Virus record (IMG/VR): IMGVR_UViG_3300008448_014394
Length of the DNA stretch: 64,000 nucleotides
Direction: 5' to 3' (one strand)
DNA from: an uncultured virus (IMG/VR IMGVR_UViG_3300008448_014394)
Lineage: Duplodnaviria > Heunggongvirae > Uroviricota > Caudoviricetes
The notes under the pieces were generated by a model. That model was not told the DNA's origin, did not search any database, and was given only the letters and a program-made list of their open reading frames with translations. The first letter of the stretch is position 1. Each line of letters starts with the position of its first letter. Of this stretch, positions 1 through 8,510 are shown piece by piece. The position numbers were made by a program, and so were the translations under genes.

Positions 1-223
1 ATTTAGTTTGAATATTATTTAAATATTTTAATGATTCTGGATCTACATCGAGATCGGCTTCTTCTTTTAGCTCTCTAGCAGCTGCCACCTTTGTTGTTTC
101 ATTTGGCTCAACACTTCCTCCAGGGAAGTTCCATAGTCCGCTACCTGGTGATTCTGGCCCTCTTCTAAGTATTAAAAATTTCTTACCATCAACCACTACT
201 ACTGTTGAGACCTTCTTTTTCAT
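1..223 (-). CDS. Nudix hydrolase (partial, runs off window edge)
   Basis: Not in ORF track. Manual translation from ATG at 223 gives MKKKVSTVVVVDGKKFLILRRGPESPGSGLWNFPGGSVEPNETTKVAAARELKEEADL..., a Nudix box (Gx5Ex7REUxEE). G-rich RBS upstream. Confidence 0.9.
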   Translation of the reverse strand, partial: MKKKVSTVVVVDGKKFLILRRGPESPGSGLWNFPGGSVEPNETTKVAAARELKEEADLDVDPESLKYLNNIQTK

Positions 224-437
224 GCCGCCCCCTATTTTTTATAGCTTCATGTAGTTTCTCTAACCTATAGCTAGCTTTATTTAAAAATAGAAAAGGGAAG
301 ATGGCATGAGTCAAAGCTATTACGGATATTTTAAAAGTCTCCAAAGATATATAAAAAGCAAATGAAAAATGCTGCCAATAATTTTCTCCAACTGAGTTAG
401 GGTGTTCTAAAAATTTTTTAAAAATACGTTTATGCAT
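189..437 (-). CDS. small protein resembling DUF6356 family
   Basis: EHPNSVGENYWQH...HAIFPFLF..AS pattern recalled from DUF6356 proteins; 82 aa. Confidence 0.6.
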   Translation of the reverse strand: MHKRIFKKFLEHPNSVGENYWQHFSFAFYISLETFKISVIALTHAIFPFLFLNKASYRLEKLHEAIKNRGRHEKEGLNSSSG

Positions 438-2681
438 TTATTTCTCTATATGTTTGCAGTTTGGATATCCACTACAAGAAATAAACTTTCCAAACTTTCC
501 ATTTCTTTCTACCAAATCACTTTTACATTTGGGACATTTTTTACCAGTAGAGACTAAAGGTTTCTTTGCAGTTTTCGCAGCTGATTTCTTAGGGGCCGGA
601 TTGCCATCCTTATCTAAATTAATAATATTCTTACAGGTTGGATACTGATTGCAGCCCAGGAAGTCTCCAAACTTTCCGGATCGCTTAACCATTTTCCCCT
701 TGCCACATTCTGCACAATCCATATCTGTTTCTTCTGCCTGTGGCTTTTTATTATCTACAATATTTCCATCTCCGTCCAACTTTCCAGTCCACTTGCATGT
801 AGGGTAAGATGAGCATCCATAAAATTCTCCAAACTTTCCCTTCTTCTTTGTAATCTTGTTTCCGCATTCTGGACAGGGTACTCCGGTCTCAACTTTTGCC
901 TCAGTTTCTTCTCCATCTTCATTAATGACAAGTGTATATCCACACTGAGGATAACCTTCACAACCTAGAAATACACCAAATTTGCCAACCTTACGAATTA
1001 AGTTATTTCCATTATTACAATCCGGGCACTCTTTATCGGTTTTAAATAAGTCTGTACTTTTATCTTTCACAGCCACCTCAATTGTTTTTTCTAAATCATT
1101 ATAAAATTTTTCTAATGTAGTTACCAGCTCCAACTTACCTTCAGCAATTTGATCCATCTCCAATTCCATATCAGAAGTAAATTCAGGGCTGGTTAGTTTT
1201 TCAAAGTGTTTTTCAAGATATTCACAAACCATAATCCCAATCTCAGTTGCTTTAAGAGCCTTCTTTTCTCTTGCAACATATTTTCTCTTCAGCAAGGTTT
1301 CGATTGTTGCTGCATATGTTGCTGGGCGACCAATACCTTCTTTCTCCATTTTGTCTGTAAAGGCTGGTTCTGTATACCTTGGTGGTGGCTTTGTGAAATG
1401 CTGAGATGGTACATAGCCAATAACGTTGAGGTTTTGACCTTTAGAGAGGTTTGGAAGACTTACGTTTTGAGTTGAGGATCCATATACTTTTAGAAATCCA
1501 TCAAATTTTAAAATAGAACCAGTAGCCCTAAATTCATACTTACCTTTTTTACCAGTTCCCTCTAGCTTTACAGCAGCTTGATCAAACTCTGCATCAGCCA
1601 TCTGCGAAGCCATGAATCTATTTTTAATTAATTCCAAAAGCTTAATTTCGTCTGATACCATATTCATTGGCTCTGGTTCGTAAGTTGGTCGAATAGCTTC
1701 GTGGGCGTCTTGAGAAGCTGCGGAAGGGCCATAAACCCTGATGCTTGGTGATAAATAATTCTTACCATGAATTTTTTCAATTCTATCTCTCAGATCTTTT
1801 ACTTTGCCAGGTTCATTTCTGGTGCTATCAGTTCTGTGATAAGTAATCAAACCTTGGCTGAATAAACTTTGGGCAAGATCCATAACTCTTTGGGCAGTCC
1901 AACCAAATGCAGTTCCAGCATCCTTTTGCATTGTAGAAGTTATAAATGGAGGTAGGGGTTCTCGAGTCCTAGATTTATTTTGATATTCAGAAACTGATAA
2001 GCTGGGATTAATATCTGCAATAATATCATCAGCTTCTACTTGGTTGCTTGGTACAAACTTCTTTCCATTAATTCCCCAAAACTCAGCAGAAAATCCGTTT
2101 AGATTAGCAGCAATAGTCCAGTATTCTTCCTGCTTAAATGCTCTAATTTCCTTCTCTCTATCTACAACGAACTTTAGTGCGGCAGACTGAACTCGACCAG
2201 CAGAAGTACCACGCAAACCTTTTGTCCACATCAAAGGACTAACTTTAAATCCAACGATCCTGTCAGTAATTCTTCGTGCCTGCTGAGCATTATAGACCGA
2301 CTCCCTAAAGCCAATTGGATTATTTAAGCCAGACATAATATCTGGAGTGGTCATTGTACTAAAGACAACTCTTTCAACGACCTTATCTTCTGTTGGTAAA
2401 ACATCCCTTAGGTTAAAGGCAATGCATTCGCCTTCTTTGTCAAAGTCGGTAGCTATAAAAATCTCTTTGTGATTTTTTGCTTCTTCCTTTAGGTTCTTAA
2501 CCACTTCTCGTTTGTCCTGGTTAATTTCATAGTGAGTCTTGAAGCTAGGTATATCAACACCCATCTTAGATTTTGATAAATCCATAATGTGACCAACCGA
2601 AGCCATGACTACATAATTTGAGCCTACAGCCTTTTTAATTTTTGGAATCTTATTTGGGGATTCGACAATAATGAGCGCCAT
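438..2681 (-). CDS. topA: type IA DNA topoisomerase I with four C-terminal Zn ribbons
   Basis: TOPRIM IVESPNK and ATDFDKEGE, SAGRVQS, catalytic ITYHRTD, AHEAIRPT, GIGRPATYA, and four CxxC..GKFGxFxxCxxYPxC repeats. Start moved to ATG 2681 behind a TAGGAG RBS. Confidence 0.95.
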   Translation of the reverse strand: MALIIVESPNKIPKIKKAVGSNYVVMASVGHIMDLSKSKMGVDIPSFKTHYEINQDKREVVKNLKEEAKNHKEIFIATDFDKEGECIAFNLRDVLPTEDKVVERVVFSTMTTPDIMSGLNNPIGFRESVYNAQQARRITDRIVGFKVSPLMWTKGLRGTSAGRVQSAALKFVVDREKEIRAFKQEEYWTIAANLNGFSAEFWGINGKKFVPSNQVEADDIIADINPSLSVSEYQNKSRTREPLPPFITSTMQKDAGTAFGWTAQRVMDLAQSLFSQGLITYHRTDSTRNEPGKVKDLRDRIEKIHGKNYLSPSIRVYGPSAASQDAHEAIRPTYEPEPMNMVSDEIKLLELIKNRFMASQMADAEFDQAAVKLEGTGKKGKYEFRATGSILKFDGFLKVYGSSTQNVSLPNLSKGQNLNVIGYVPSQHFTKPPPRYTEPAFTDKMEKEGIGRPATYAATIETLLKRKYVAREKKALKATEIGIMVCEYLEKHFEKLTSPEFTSDMELEMDQIAEGKLELVTTLEKFYNDLEKTIEVAVKDKSTDLFKTDKECPDCNNGNNLIRKVGKFGVFLGCEGYPQCGYTLVINEDGEETEAKVETGVPCPECGNKITKKKGKFGEFYGCSSYPTCKWTGKLDGDGNIVDNKKPQAEETDMDCAECGKGKMVKRSGKFGDFLGCNQYPTCKNIINLDKDGNPAPKKSAAKTAKKPLVSTGKKCPKCKSDLVERNGKFGKFISCSGYPNCKHIEK

Positions 2682-2705
2682 TGATTTACTCCTATAATAG
2701 AAAAA

Positions 2706-2731
2706 CCATGAAGATAGCGCTATCTTCATGG
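2706..2731. repeat. perfect 26-bp palindrome in topA leader (hairpin followed by T-run on minus strand)
   Basis: CCATGAAGATAGCGCTATCTTCATGG is its own reverse complement; followed by TTTTT on the minus strand. Confidence 0.9.
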
Positions 2732-2792
2732 CTATATAATACTGGGGGCTTTAAATTCATTCTATAATATAACAATTATTATATTATATATA

Positions 2793-3074
2793 TTATTCTT
2801 CTTCTGATTCTTCTTCTTTTTCCTGATCTCTAGCTACTCCCTTAAGGCTTGCGTCAAGATCTTCAAAAGTATATTTCAAGCCATCATACTCTTCCTTGGG
2901 AATATCTACAGATAATTCCTTACCGTAGAGGCTTTCAAATTTTGATAAGCTGCTTTGTTTATCTTCGTTACTATATTTCAATATAATTACGTCAATATCA
3001 TTAGCTAAATTATACCTTCCTTTCTTATCAAGGGAGTCTGCTAATTCAGCTAGTTTTAAAAATATTTCTTTCAT
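2793..3074 (-). CDS. hypothetical acidic protein
   Basis: ORF track; start moved to ATG 3074 (TAGGA RBS). N-terminal helix LKLAELADSLDKKG, acidic C-terminus. Confidence 0.7.
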   Translation of the reverse strand: MKEIFLKLAELADSLDKKGRYNLANDIDVIILKYSNEDKQSSLSKFESLYGKELSVDIPKEEYDGLKYTFEDLDASLKGVARDQEKEEESEEE

Positions 3075-3081
3075 GTAAATC

Positions 3082-3621
3082 CTATTGGCTATCCGTACTT
3101 CCAAATCCACCAGAACCTCTTGCTGTCTGGCTTAGTGCTTCTACTTGTACAAAATCAGAATCTAACCTTTGTCGTAAAATTAGCTGAAATAGATATGGCT
3201 TTTTCTGAATAACTAAATCTGCAGCACTACTCATGGTGGTTGGCTTTACTCCAAACATCTTTACAATACCATTTGGAAATAAAATATTTTTTGGTTCCGT
3301 ACCCATCTCGCCGTGAGTTACTCTGACAGGAATAAGGATTTCACCTCTATAGTGCTCGTCAATTATTCCTACAGAGTTTGCCAGCTCTAGAGGCAGCTTA
3401 GAGATACTGCTCCTTGGAACAACCTCGAAATAATGGCCCACTGGTGGCTCTAAAGAAACTCCAGTCTTAAAGAAGATTACATCTCCCTCAATCTTTTCTA
3501 CTCCAATAATCTTAATATCCCAACCTGTATCACTAGGATGTGCTCTTTTTGGAAGCTCGGCCTCTTTGCTTAGTAGAACTACCTTTGTTGATGGATTTGG
3601 AATTGTTTGCATCTTTGTCAT
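3082..3621 (-). CDS. dut: trimeric dUTPase
   Basis: Motifs DTGWD, PRSSIS, GIIDEHYRGEI and RGSGGFGST. Confidence 0.92.
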   Translation of the reverse strand: MTKMQTIPNPSTKVVLLSKEAELPKRAHPSDTGWDIKIIGVEKIEGDVIFFKTGVSLEPPVGHYFEVVPRSSISKLPLELANSVGIIDEHYRGEILIPVRVTHGEMGTEPKNILFPNGIVKMFGVKPTTMSSAADLVIQKKPYLFQLILRQRLDSDFVQVEALSQTARGSGGFGSTDSQ

Positions 3622-4036
3622 CTTTTATCTTCTCCTTTAAGTCAGAGGCCCAGTTAATATACTTCTTAAGGGCCTTTACCATATCCTTTTCCCACTCAGA
3701 ATCATCTATTGGTATACTCAGCCTTTTAGCTAGATCCCGGCCTCGTTTCCAGGCTTCAACCTCTTCTATGACTGTAAACACTTTATACTTTACGCTACTT
3801 TCAGATTCAGATCTTTTTTCTTTAAAATTAAAAGAGCTTCCATTTTCAAATATTAAAGCATGCCCACATTCATGAAGTAGCCGTATTACTTGAAGTTCAG
3901 TCCGCGAAGATGAGTTTATTTCTATTAGCTTAGACTCTTGACAAATGGAGTCGTCACCACCTTCTAACATCTCTACATGATAACCCTTTTCATTTGCCCA
4001 ATAAATCAAATTATTAATGTGAATGGTCCAGTCCAT
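3533..4036 (-). CDS. HExxH zinc metallopeptidase-like protein (ImmA/IrrE-like)
   Basis: LLHECGHA followed by EEVEAW third-ligand motif. Confidence 0.65.
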   Translation of the reverse strand: MDWTIHINNLIYWANEKGYHVEMLEGGDDSICQESKLIEINSSSRTELQVIRLLHECGHALIFENGSSFNFKEKRSESESSVKYKVFTVIEEVEAWKRGRDLAKRLSIPIDDSEWEKDMVKALKKYINWASDLKEKIKDDKDANNSKSINKGSSTKQRGRASKKSTS

Positions 4037-4127
4037 AGGTAGGCTCCATCACCTGAATTATTGTACGGAATGTATTTTTCAGGCTCTATTCAATTTGTGC
4101 AATATATTTAAACATTAATATTAGGTG

Positions 4128-4169
4128 AAAAAGAAAAACCCCGCCCCAGGCCGAAGCTTGGGACGGGGT
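4128..4169 (-). terminator. intrinsic terminator with C(UUCG)G tetraloop
   Basis: Minus strand ACCCCGTCCCAAGC-TTCG-GCCTGGGGCGGGGT then TTTTCTTTT, just downstream of the 4195..7320 gene. Confidence 0.9.
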
Positions 4170-4194
4170 GCTAGTTAAACTAGCAAGATCACAA

Positions 4195-7100
4195 CTATGG
4201 GTTGATTGCGATGAGTTGTGGCTGGAATAGGATTGAGGTTGAGGTTAGAGCATAACCAACCTTGTAAACAGTGCTACCGGAAGAAGTTGGGGCGGTAACA
4301 GTGATTACGCCAGCAGTTTCAGATAGGTATACAGCTTGGCCTGCAGAAGCGAAGCCAGCAATAGAACCAGTTGCTACAACTGCACCTGGTAGAGCTGCCA
4401 TTGCGACTACTGCACCGTCTGCTGCACTTGCCTTAGCAAAACCTACAACGTAGTTCTTGGTATCGGAAGTGGTTGCATCGGCTAGACCAACTTCAGTTGC
4501 GCTTGCGATGTATAGAGCATCACCTGCAGAGATTGCACCGTCAGCAACGAACTCAGAAGATGCAATTGCTTGTACGTTGAGGAAGCCATCCTTGGTGATT
4601 TGTACTTCTAGGCCAGAACCATTGTGGTCGCCGTAGAAGAATAGTTCTGCATCAGAGCCATCAGCCTTGACATAGACGAAGCCGTGATCGGCTACGTTGC
4701 TTGGGGCTGCGACTTCTTCAAACTTGGCGTGCTTGCTGACATAGAGTGCGTCCATAGAGACGACGCCAGTACCAGCAAAGTCAAAGTCTGGATTTGTGCT
4801 TGCATTACCAAATACGATTTCTTCAGAACCATCGCTGGTGCTGAGGTCAAAGTACTTGTTTGCACCTTCTTGGATGACGAATGCAGAGGCTGCATTGTCA
4901 GCTACGGTGAATGCTGCAGAAGCTGCAACGACGCCGAAGGCACCATCTGCATCAATATCAATGGTATTGTCAGCGTTGATGTCGATAGAATTGCCACCAA
5001 CGGTGAAGGTAACACCTTCAGAGCCGTTTAGGTTGACGTAGCCATCTTGTGCGGTTAGGTCTAGGTTTCCAGTTGATACTACGAATTCAGAGGCTGCACC
5101 AGCAACGATAGAAGCTGCGCCTGAGAAGTCTGCATCAAGAGAAGCTGCTTCAACGTCGAGTGCGCCTACGGCGTGGAAGTTGAGAGCTGCGCCTGAATTG
5201 ATGTCCATCTGACCACTGGAATCAATATGGACAGTGGCGCCGTCTAGATCTAGATCTGCTGAAGCAACTAGGTCTAGGTCGCCGGTGATGCTGATTTCAG
5301 AAGATGCACCAGCAACGATAGAAGCTGCACCTGAGAAGTCTGCATCAAGGGATGCTGCTTCAACATCGAGTGCGCCTACGGCGTGGAAGTTGAGGGCTGC
5401 ACCTGAGTTGATGTCCATTTGACCACTGGAGTCAATGTGGACAGTGGCGCCGTCTAGGTCTAGGTCTGCTGAAGCAACTAGATCTAGGTCGCCGGTGATG
5501 CTGATTTCAGAAGATGCGCCAGCAACGATAGAAGCTGCACCTGAGAAGTCTGCATCAAGAGAAGCTGCTTCAACGTCGAGTGCGCCTACGGCGTGGAAGT
5601 TGAGAGCTGCGCCTGAATTGATGTCCATTTGACCACTGGAGTCAATGTGAACGGTTGCACCATCGAGGTCTAGATCTGCTGAAGCAACTAGATCTAGGTC
5701 ACCGGTGATGCTGATTTCTGAAGATGCACCAGCAACGATAGAAGCTGCACCTGAGAAATCTGCGTCGAGAGAAGCGGCTTCAACATCGAGTGCGCCTACG
5801 GCGTGGAAGTTGAGAGCTGCACCTGAGTTGATGTCCATTTGACCACTGGAGTCAATGTGGACAGTGGCACCGTCTAGGTCTAGATCTGCAACTGCTGACA
5901 TATTGAGATCTGCACCTGATGCGATGTCCATTTGACCACTGGAGTCAACGTGGACTGTTGCGCCATCGAGATCTAGATCTGCAACTGCTGACATATTGAG
6001 GTCTGCACCTGCTGCTAGATCCATCTGGCCTGAGGCATCAACGTGTACGGTTGCGCCATCAAGATCTAGGTCTGCTGAAGCAGAGAGGTCTAGATCGCCA
6101 GTTACGGTGAAGTCAGAAGATGCACCGGCACCGATTGATACTGCACCTACTGCGTCTGCATTTAGGGCTGCACCTGAGTTGATGTCCATTTGACCGCTGG
6201 AGTCAACGTGGACTGTTGCGCCATCTAGGTCTAGGTCTGCAACTGCTGACATATTGAGATCTGCACCTGATGCGATGTCCATTTGACCACTGGAGTCAAC
6301 GTGGACTGTTGCGCCATCGAGGTCTAGGTCTGCAACTGCTGACATATTGAGGTCTGCACCTGCTGCGAGATCCATCTGGCCTGAGGCGTCAACATGAACA
6401 GTGGCGCCATCGAGGTCTAGGTCTGCTGAAGCAGAGAGGTCTAGATCGCCAGTTACGGTGAAGTCAGAAGATGCACCGGCTGAGAATGAAATTGTGCCAG
6501 CAGCATCAGCTTCAAATGAAGCTAGAGCAGTTGTTTGACCAAATAGAACTGAACCTGCAACACCAGCACCATCAACGGTGAAGTCTACTGTGTCAACGGT
6601 GAATCCAATGTCACCTTCTGCTGCAGTTGCAGCAATGGTGTTACCAGATTCATAGACTGCCTGGAGGGTTGAACCAGCAGTTGAGGCAACGTCGATGAAG
6701 GTGAAGCTACCAGTGCTTGAGCCGTAAGCAGATTCCCAAACACCATCGGTACCAGCTCTAAGAACAGAGATGTTTACCTTGGTGATGACTGCATCGGTAT
6801 CGGTCATTGATTCGAATTGACCATCGGTGAAGTCCATGACCTGATCAGAAGCACCAGCGGCACCGTTGACAGTGGAGCGAATCTTTAGGTCACGACCAAC
6901 GTGGGATAGAACTTCGTATAGACCGTCATTCTTTCCAAACTGTGAGCCTGATACCTGGATGAAGTCACCAGCAGAGAATACTGCTTCGCTAGCAGTGGTT
7001 ACAACTGGATCGCTGACACCATCAACACCAGCGGTGAATACACCGTAACCAACGCAAGTGGTTTTGGTTGCAGTTGGTAGGTAGTTGACGACGAGACCAC

Positions 7101-7320
7101 CGGTTTGAGCTACGGTGCTGGTGTAGCCAGCGTTGACGTAGGTGTGGTTATCTGCAAGAAGAACAGTCTCTGATTGATTGACGATTCTATCGCCCTTGAC
7201 GGTGAGATCACCACCAATGACGAGGTTGCCTAGTGATAGTTCGATGGTGTCCTGTGCAGCAATGCGACGTGGGACACCAGACTCGGATAGAACTAAGAGT
7301 CTATCGGTATAAGTAGCCAT
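4195..7320 (-). CDS. acidic repeat-rich virion structural protein (fibre/spike-like, beta-helix repeats, C-terminal cement/decoration-like domain)
   Basis: 1041 aa, rich in Ala/Asp/Gly/Ser, nested tandem repeats, strong terminator, codon usage distinct from neighbours. C-terminal GAISAGDALY...VYLS..G.IT.TAP domain. Confidence 0.7.
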   Translation of the reverse strand: MATYTDRLLVLSESGVPRRIAAQDTIELSLGNLVIGGDLTVKGDRIVNQSETVLLADNHTYVNAGYTSTVAQTGGLVVNYLPTATKTTCVGYGVFTAGVDGVSDPVVTTASEAVFSAGDFIQVSGSQFGKNDGLYEVLSHVGRDLKIRSTVNGAAGASDQVMDFTDGQFESMTDTDAVITKVNISVLRAGTDGVWESAYGSSTGSFTFIDVASTAGSTLQAVYESGNTIAATAAEGDIGFTVDTVDFTVDGAGVAGSVLFGQTTALASFEADAAGTISFSAGASSDFTVTGDLDLSASADLDLDGATVHVDASGQMDLAAGADLNMSAVADLDLDGATVHVDSSGQMDIASGADLNMSAVADLDLDGATVHVDSSGQMDINSGAALNADAVGAVSIGAGASSDFTVTGDLDLSASADLDLDGATVHVDASGQMDLAAGADLNMSAVADLDLDGATVHVDSSGQMDIASGADLNMSAVADLDLDGATVHIDSSGQMDINSGAALNFHAVGALDVEAASLDADFSGAASIVAGASSEISITGDLDLVASADLDLDGATVHIDSSGQMDINSGAALNFHAVGALDVEAASLDADFSGAASIVAGASSEISITGDLDLVASADLDLDGATVHIDSSGQMDINSGAALNFHAVGALDVEAASLDADFSGAASIVAGASSEISITGDLDLVASADLDLDGATVHIDSSGQMDINSGAALNFHAVGALDVEAASLDADFSGAASIVAGAASEFVVSTGNLDLTAQDGYVNLNGSEGVTFTVGGNSIDINADNTIDIDADGAFGVVAASAAFTVADNAASAFVIQEGANKYFDLSTSDGSEEIVFGNASTNPDFDFAGTGVVSMDALYVSKHAKFEEVAAPSNVADHGFVYVKADGSDAELFFYGDHNGSGLEVQITKDGFLNVQAIASSEFVADGAISAGDALYIASATEVGLADATTSDTKNYVVGFAKASAADGAVVAMAALPGAVVATGSIAGFASAGQAVYLSETAGVITVTAPTSSGSTVYKVGYALTSTSILFQPQLIAINP
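5100..6480 (-). repeat. nested coding tandem repeats: 210-bp (70 aa) x ~3.6 and 351-bp (117 aa) x2 built from 93-bp (31 aa) subunits
   Basis: tgcgcctacggcgtggaagt recurs at 5161, 5371, 5581 and 5791; gtctgctgaagcagagagg recurs at 6070 and 6421. Confidence 0.92.
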
Positions 7321-7466
7321 GTGTATTATCCTTTGTTTTTAGTTTTAAGCTATAACTTTAACTAACTAAACAGATATAAATATCTAAAAAATAAAACTGA
7401 TAAAATTAAATATACAATGGCAGCAGTTTACTCTAAAAATAATATTAGTTGTTTTTAAAAATATTT

Positions 7467-8219
7467 TTAACTTATTGGATTAAAAGCGATAAAGGCTGGC
7501 TGAAATACTACTTTTGGGGCTATATTTACTCCATTAGCGCCCTGAAGAATTCCTACACAAAATATAGCAGTACCAGGATCTGATGGGGCGCTCAAAGTTC
7601 CCAAACCATCAGTCGTAGATAGATAAACCAATTGACCATTATTAGTAGAAATTGGAATTTCTAATTCAGAAAATCTAACATTTATTAAAGTTCCAACTGT
7701 AGCATAAATTCTTGCAGACTCTCCCTCGTCATATTTATTAGAAACTGACCCTACCACTCTTGCTTTTTTAATATCATCTTCAGCATCTGTTTCTGTATAT
7801 GCATTGGCAAGTCTAACTTTTCCAAGATTTGTAATTCTTAACAAATGCCCTTTTAAAATATCTTCTCCAGCCTCAAGAAAAAGAGGCTCATCTGGCAGAA
7901 ATGAGTCAACATAATCTAATCTGGCAGATAAACTGCCCCTTTCTCCTCCGACACCGGTTAATTGATTATTTATTTGATCAACTGCATCTTCTAGCGCTTT
8001 AACTCTATTCTCTATTATAGATCCAGTTTGAATTTCTAGAGCGTCAAGTCTTTCTCTGACGGTGCTGTAATAAGCGCTTGGACTAATACCCAATTCTCTT
8101 TCTATATTTAGAATGGCTTCACGCAGGTTATTTACACTGTAAGCATTAATCTTTGTAATGCCATCAATAGCCATAGGCAATTGTTCAAAGCCATCAATTG
8201 CATTTGGATATATTGACAT
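7467..8219 (-). CDS. putative virion structural protein (coiled coil plus C-terminal domain paralogous to 4195..7320)
   Basis: N-terminal YPNAID...NLREAILNIERELG, heptad-like segment STVRERLDALE, C-terminal VYLSTTDGLGTLSAPS...FQPAFIAFNP. Confidence 0.6.
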   Translation of the reverse strand: MSIYPNAIDGFEQLPMAIDGITKINAYSVNNLREAILNIERELGISPSAYYSTVRERLDALEIQTGSIIENRVKALEDAVDQINNQLTGVGGERGSLSARLDYVDSFLPDEPLFLEAGEDILKGHLLRITNLGKVRLANAYTETDAEDDIKKARVVGSVSNKYDEGESARIYATVGTLINVRFSELEIPISTNNGQLVYLSTTDGLGTLSAPSDPGTAIFCVGILQGANGVNIAPKVVFQPAFIAFNPIS

Positions 8220-8237
8220 AAATATAACTCCACCCTT

Positions 8238-8393
8238 TTATTTTTTAGGCTTTATTACTGTTTTCTTTACTGTAGAAACAATTGGCAATTTGGCTTGATT
8301 TTGTTGTGAATTTACATTTTTAGATTTAATTTTATCTTGTGCTCTGCTGATTAAATCTTTGTTTTCTTTTTTCTTGTTACAACCACAACCCAT
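8238..8393 (-). CDS. small basic protein with MGCGC N-terminus (51 aa)
   Basis: Below the ORF-track cutoff; GGAGG RBS 4 nt before ATG; MGCGCNKKKENKDLISRAQDK...PKK. Confidence 0.65.
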   Translation of the reverse strand: MGCGCNKKKENKDLISRAQDKIKSKNVNSQQNQAKLPIVSTVKKTVIKPKK

Positions 8394-8510
8394 AATGCCT
8401 CCAGCATAAATTTAAATAAAATATTAGCAGTTTAATAAAGTTATTACTTTTTTTGATTAAAGAGCATCCTTGCGGTTAAAGTTTTAAACCTTAAAACGAG
8501 GGTAAGAATA

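Noticed and set aside
5100..6480. Possible CRISPR array or DGR template/variable repeat
   Set aside because: Repeats are contiguous, in-frame multiples of 3 with no unique spacers. Differences are synonymous rather than adenine-specific, and no cas or reverse transcriptase gene is present.
4271..7048. Repeated plus-strand ORFs (e.g. MAPSRSRSAEATRSRSP...)
   Set aside because: They are antisense shadows of the repetitive, GC-richer 1041-aa gene, with no RBS or independent coding signal.
7455..7470. 16-bp palindrome TTAAAAATATTTTTAA
   Set aside because: It is pure A/T in an AT-rich gap and likely to arise by chance.
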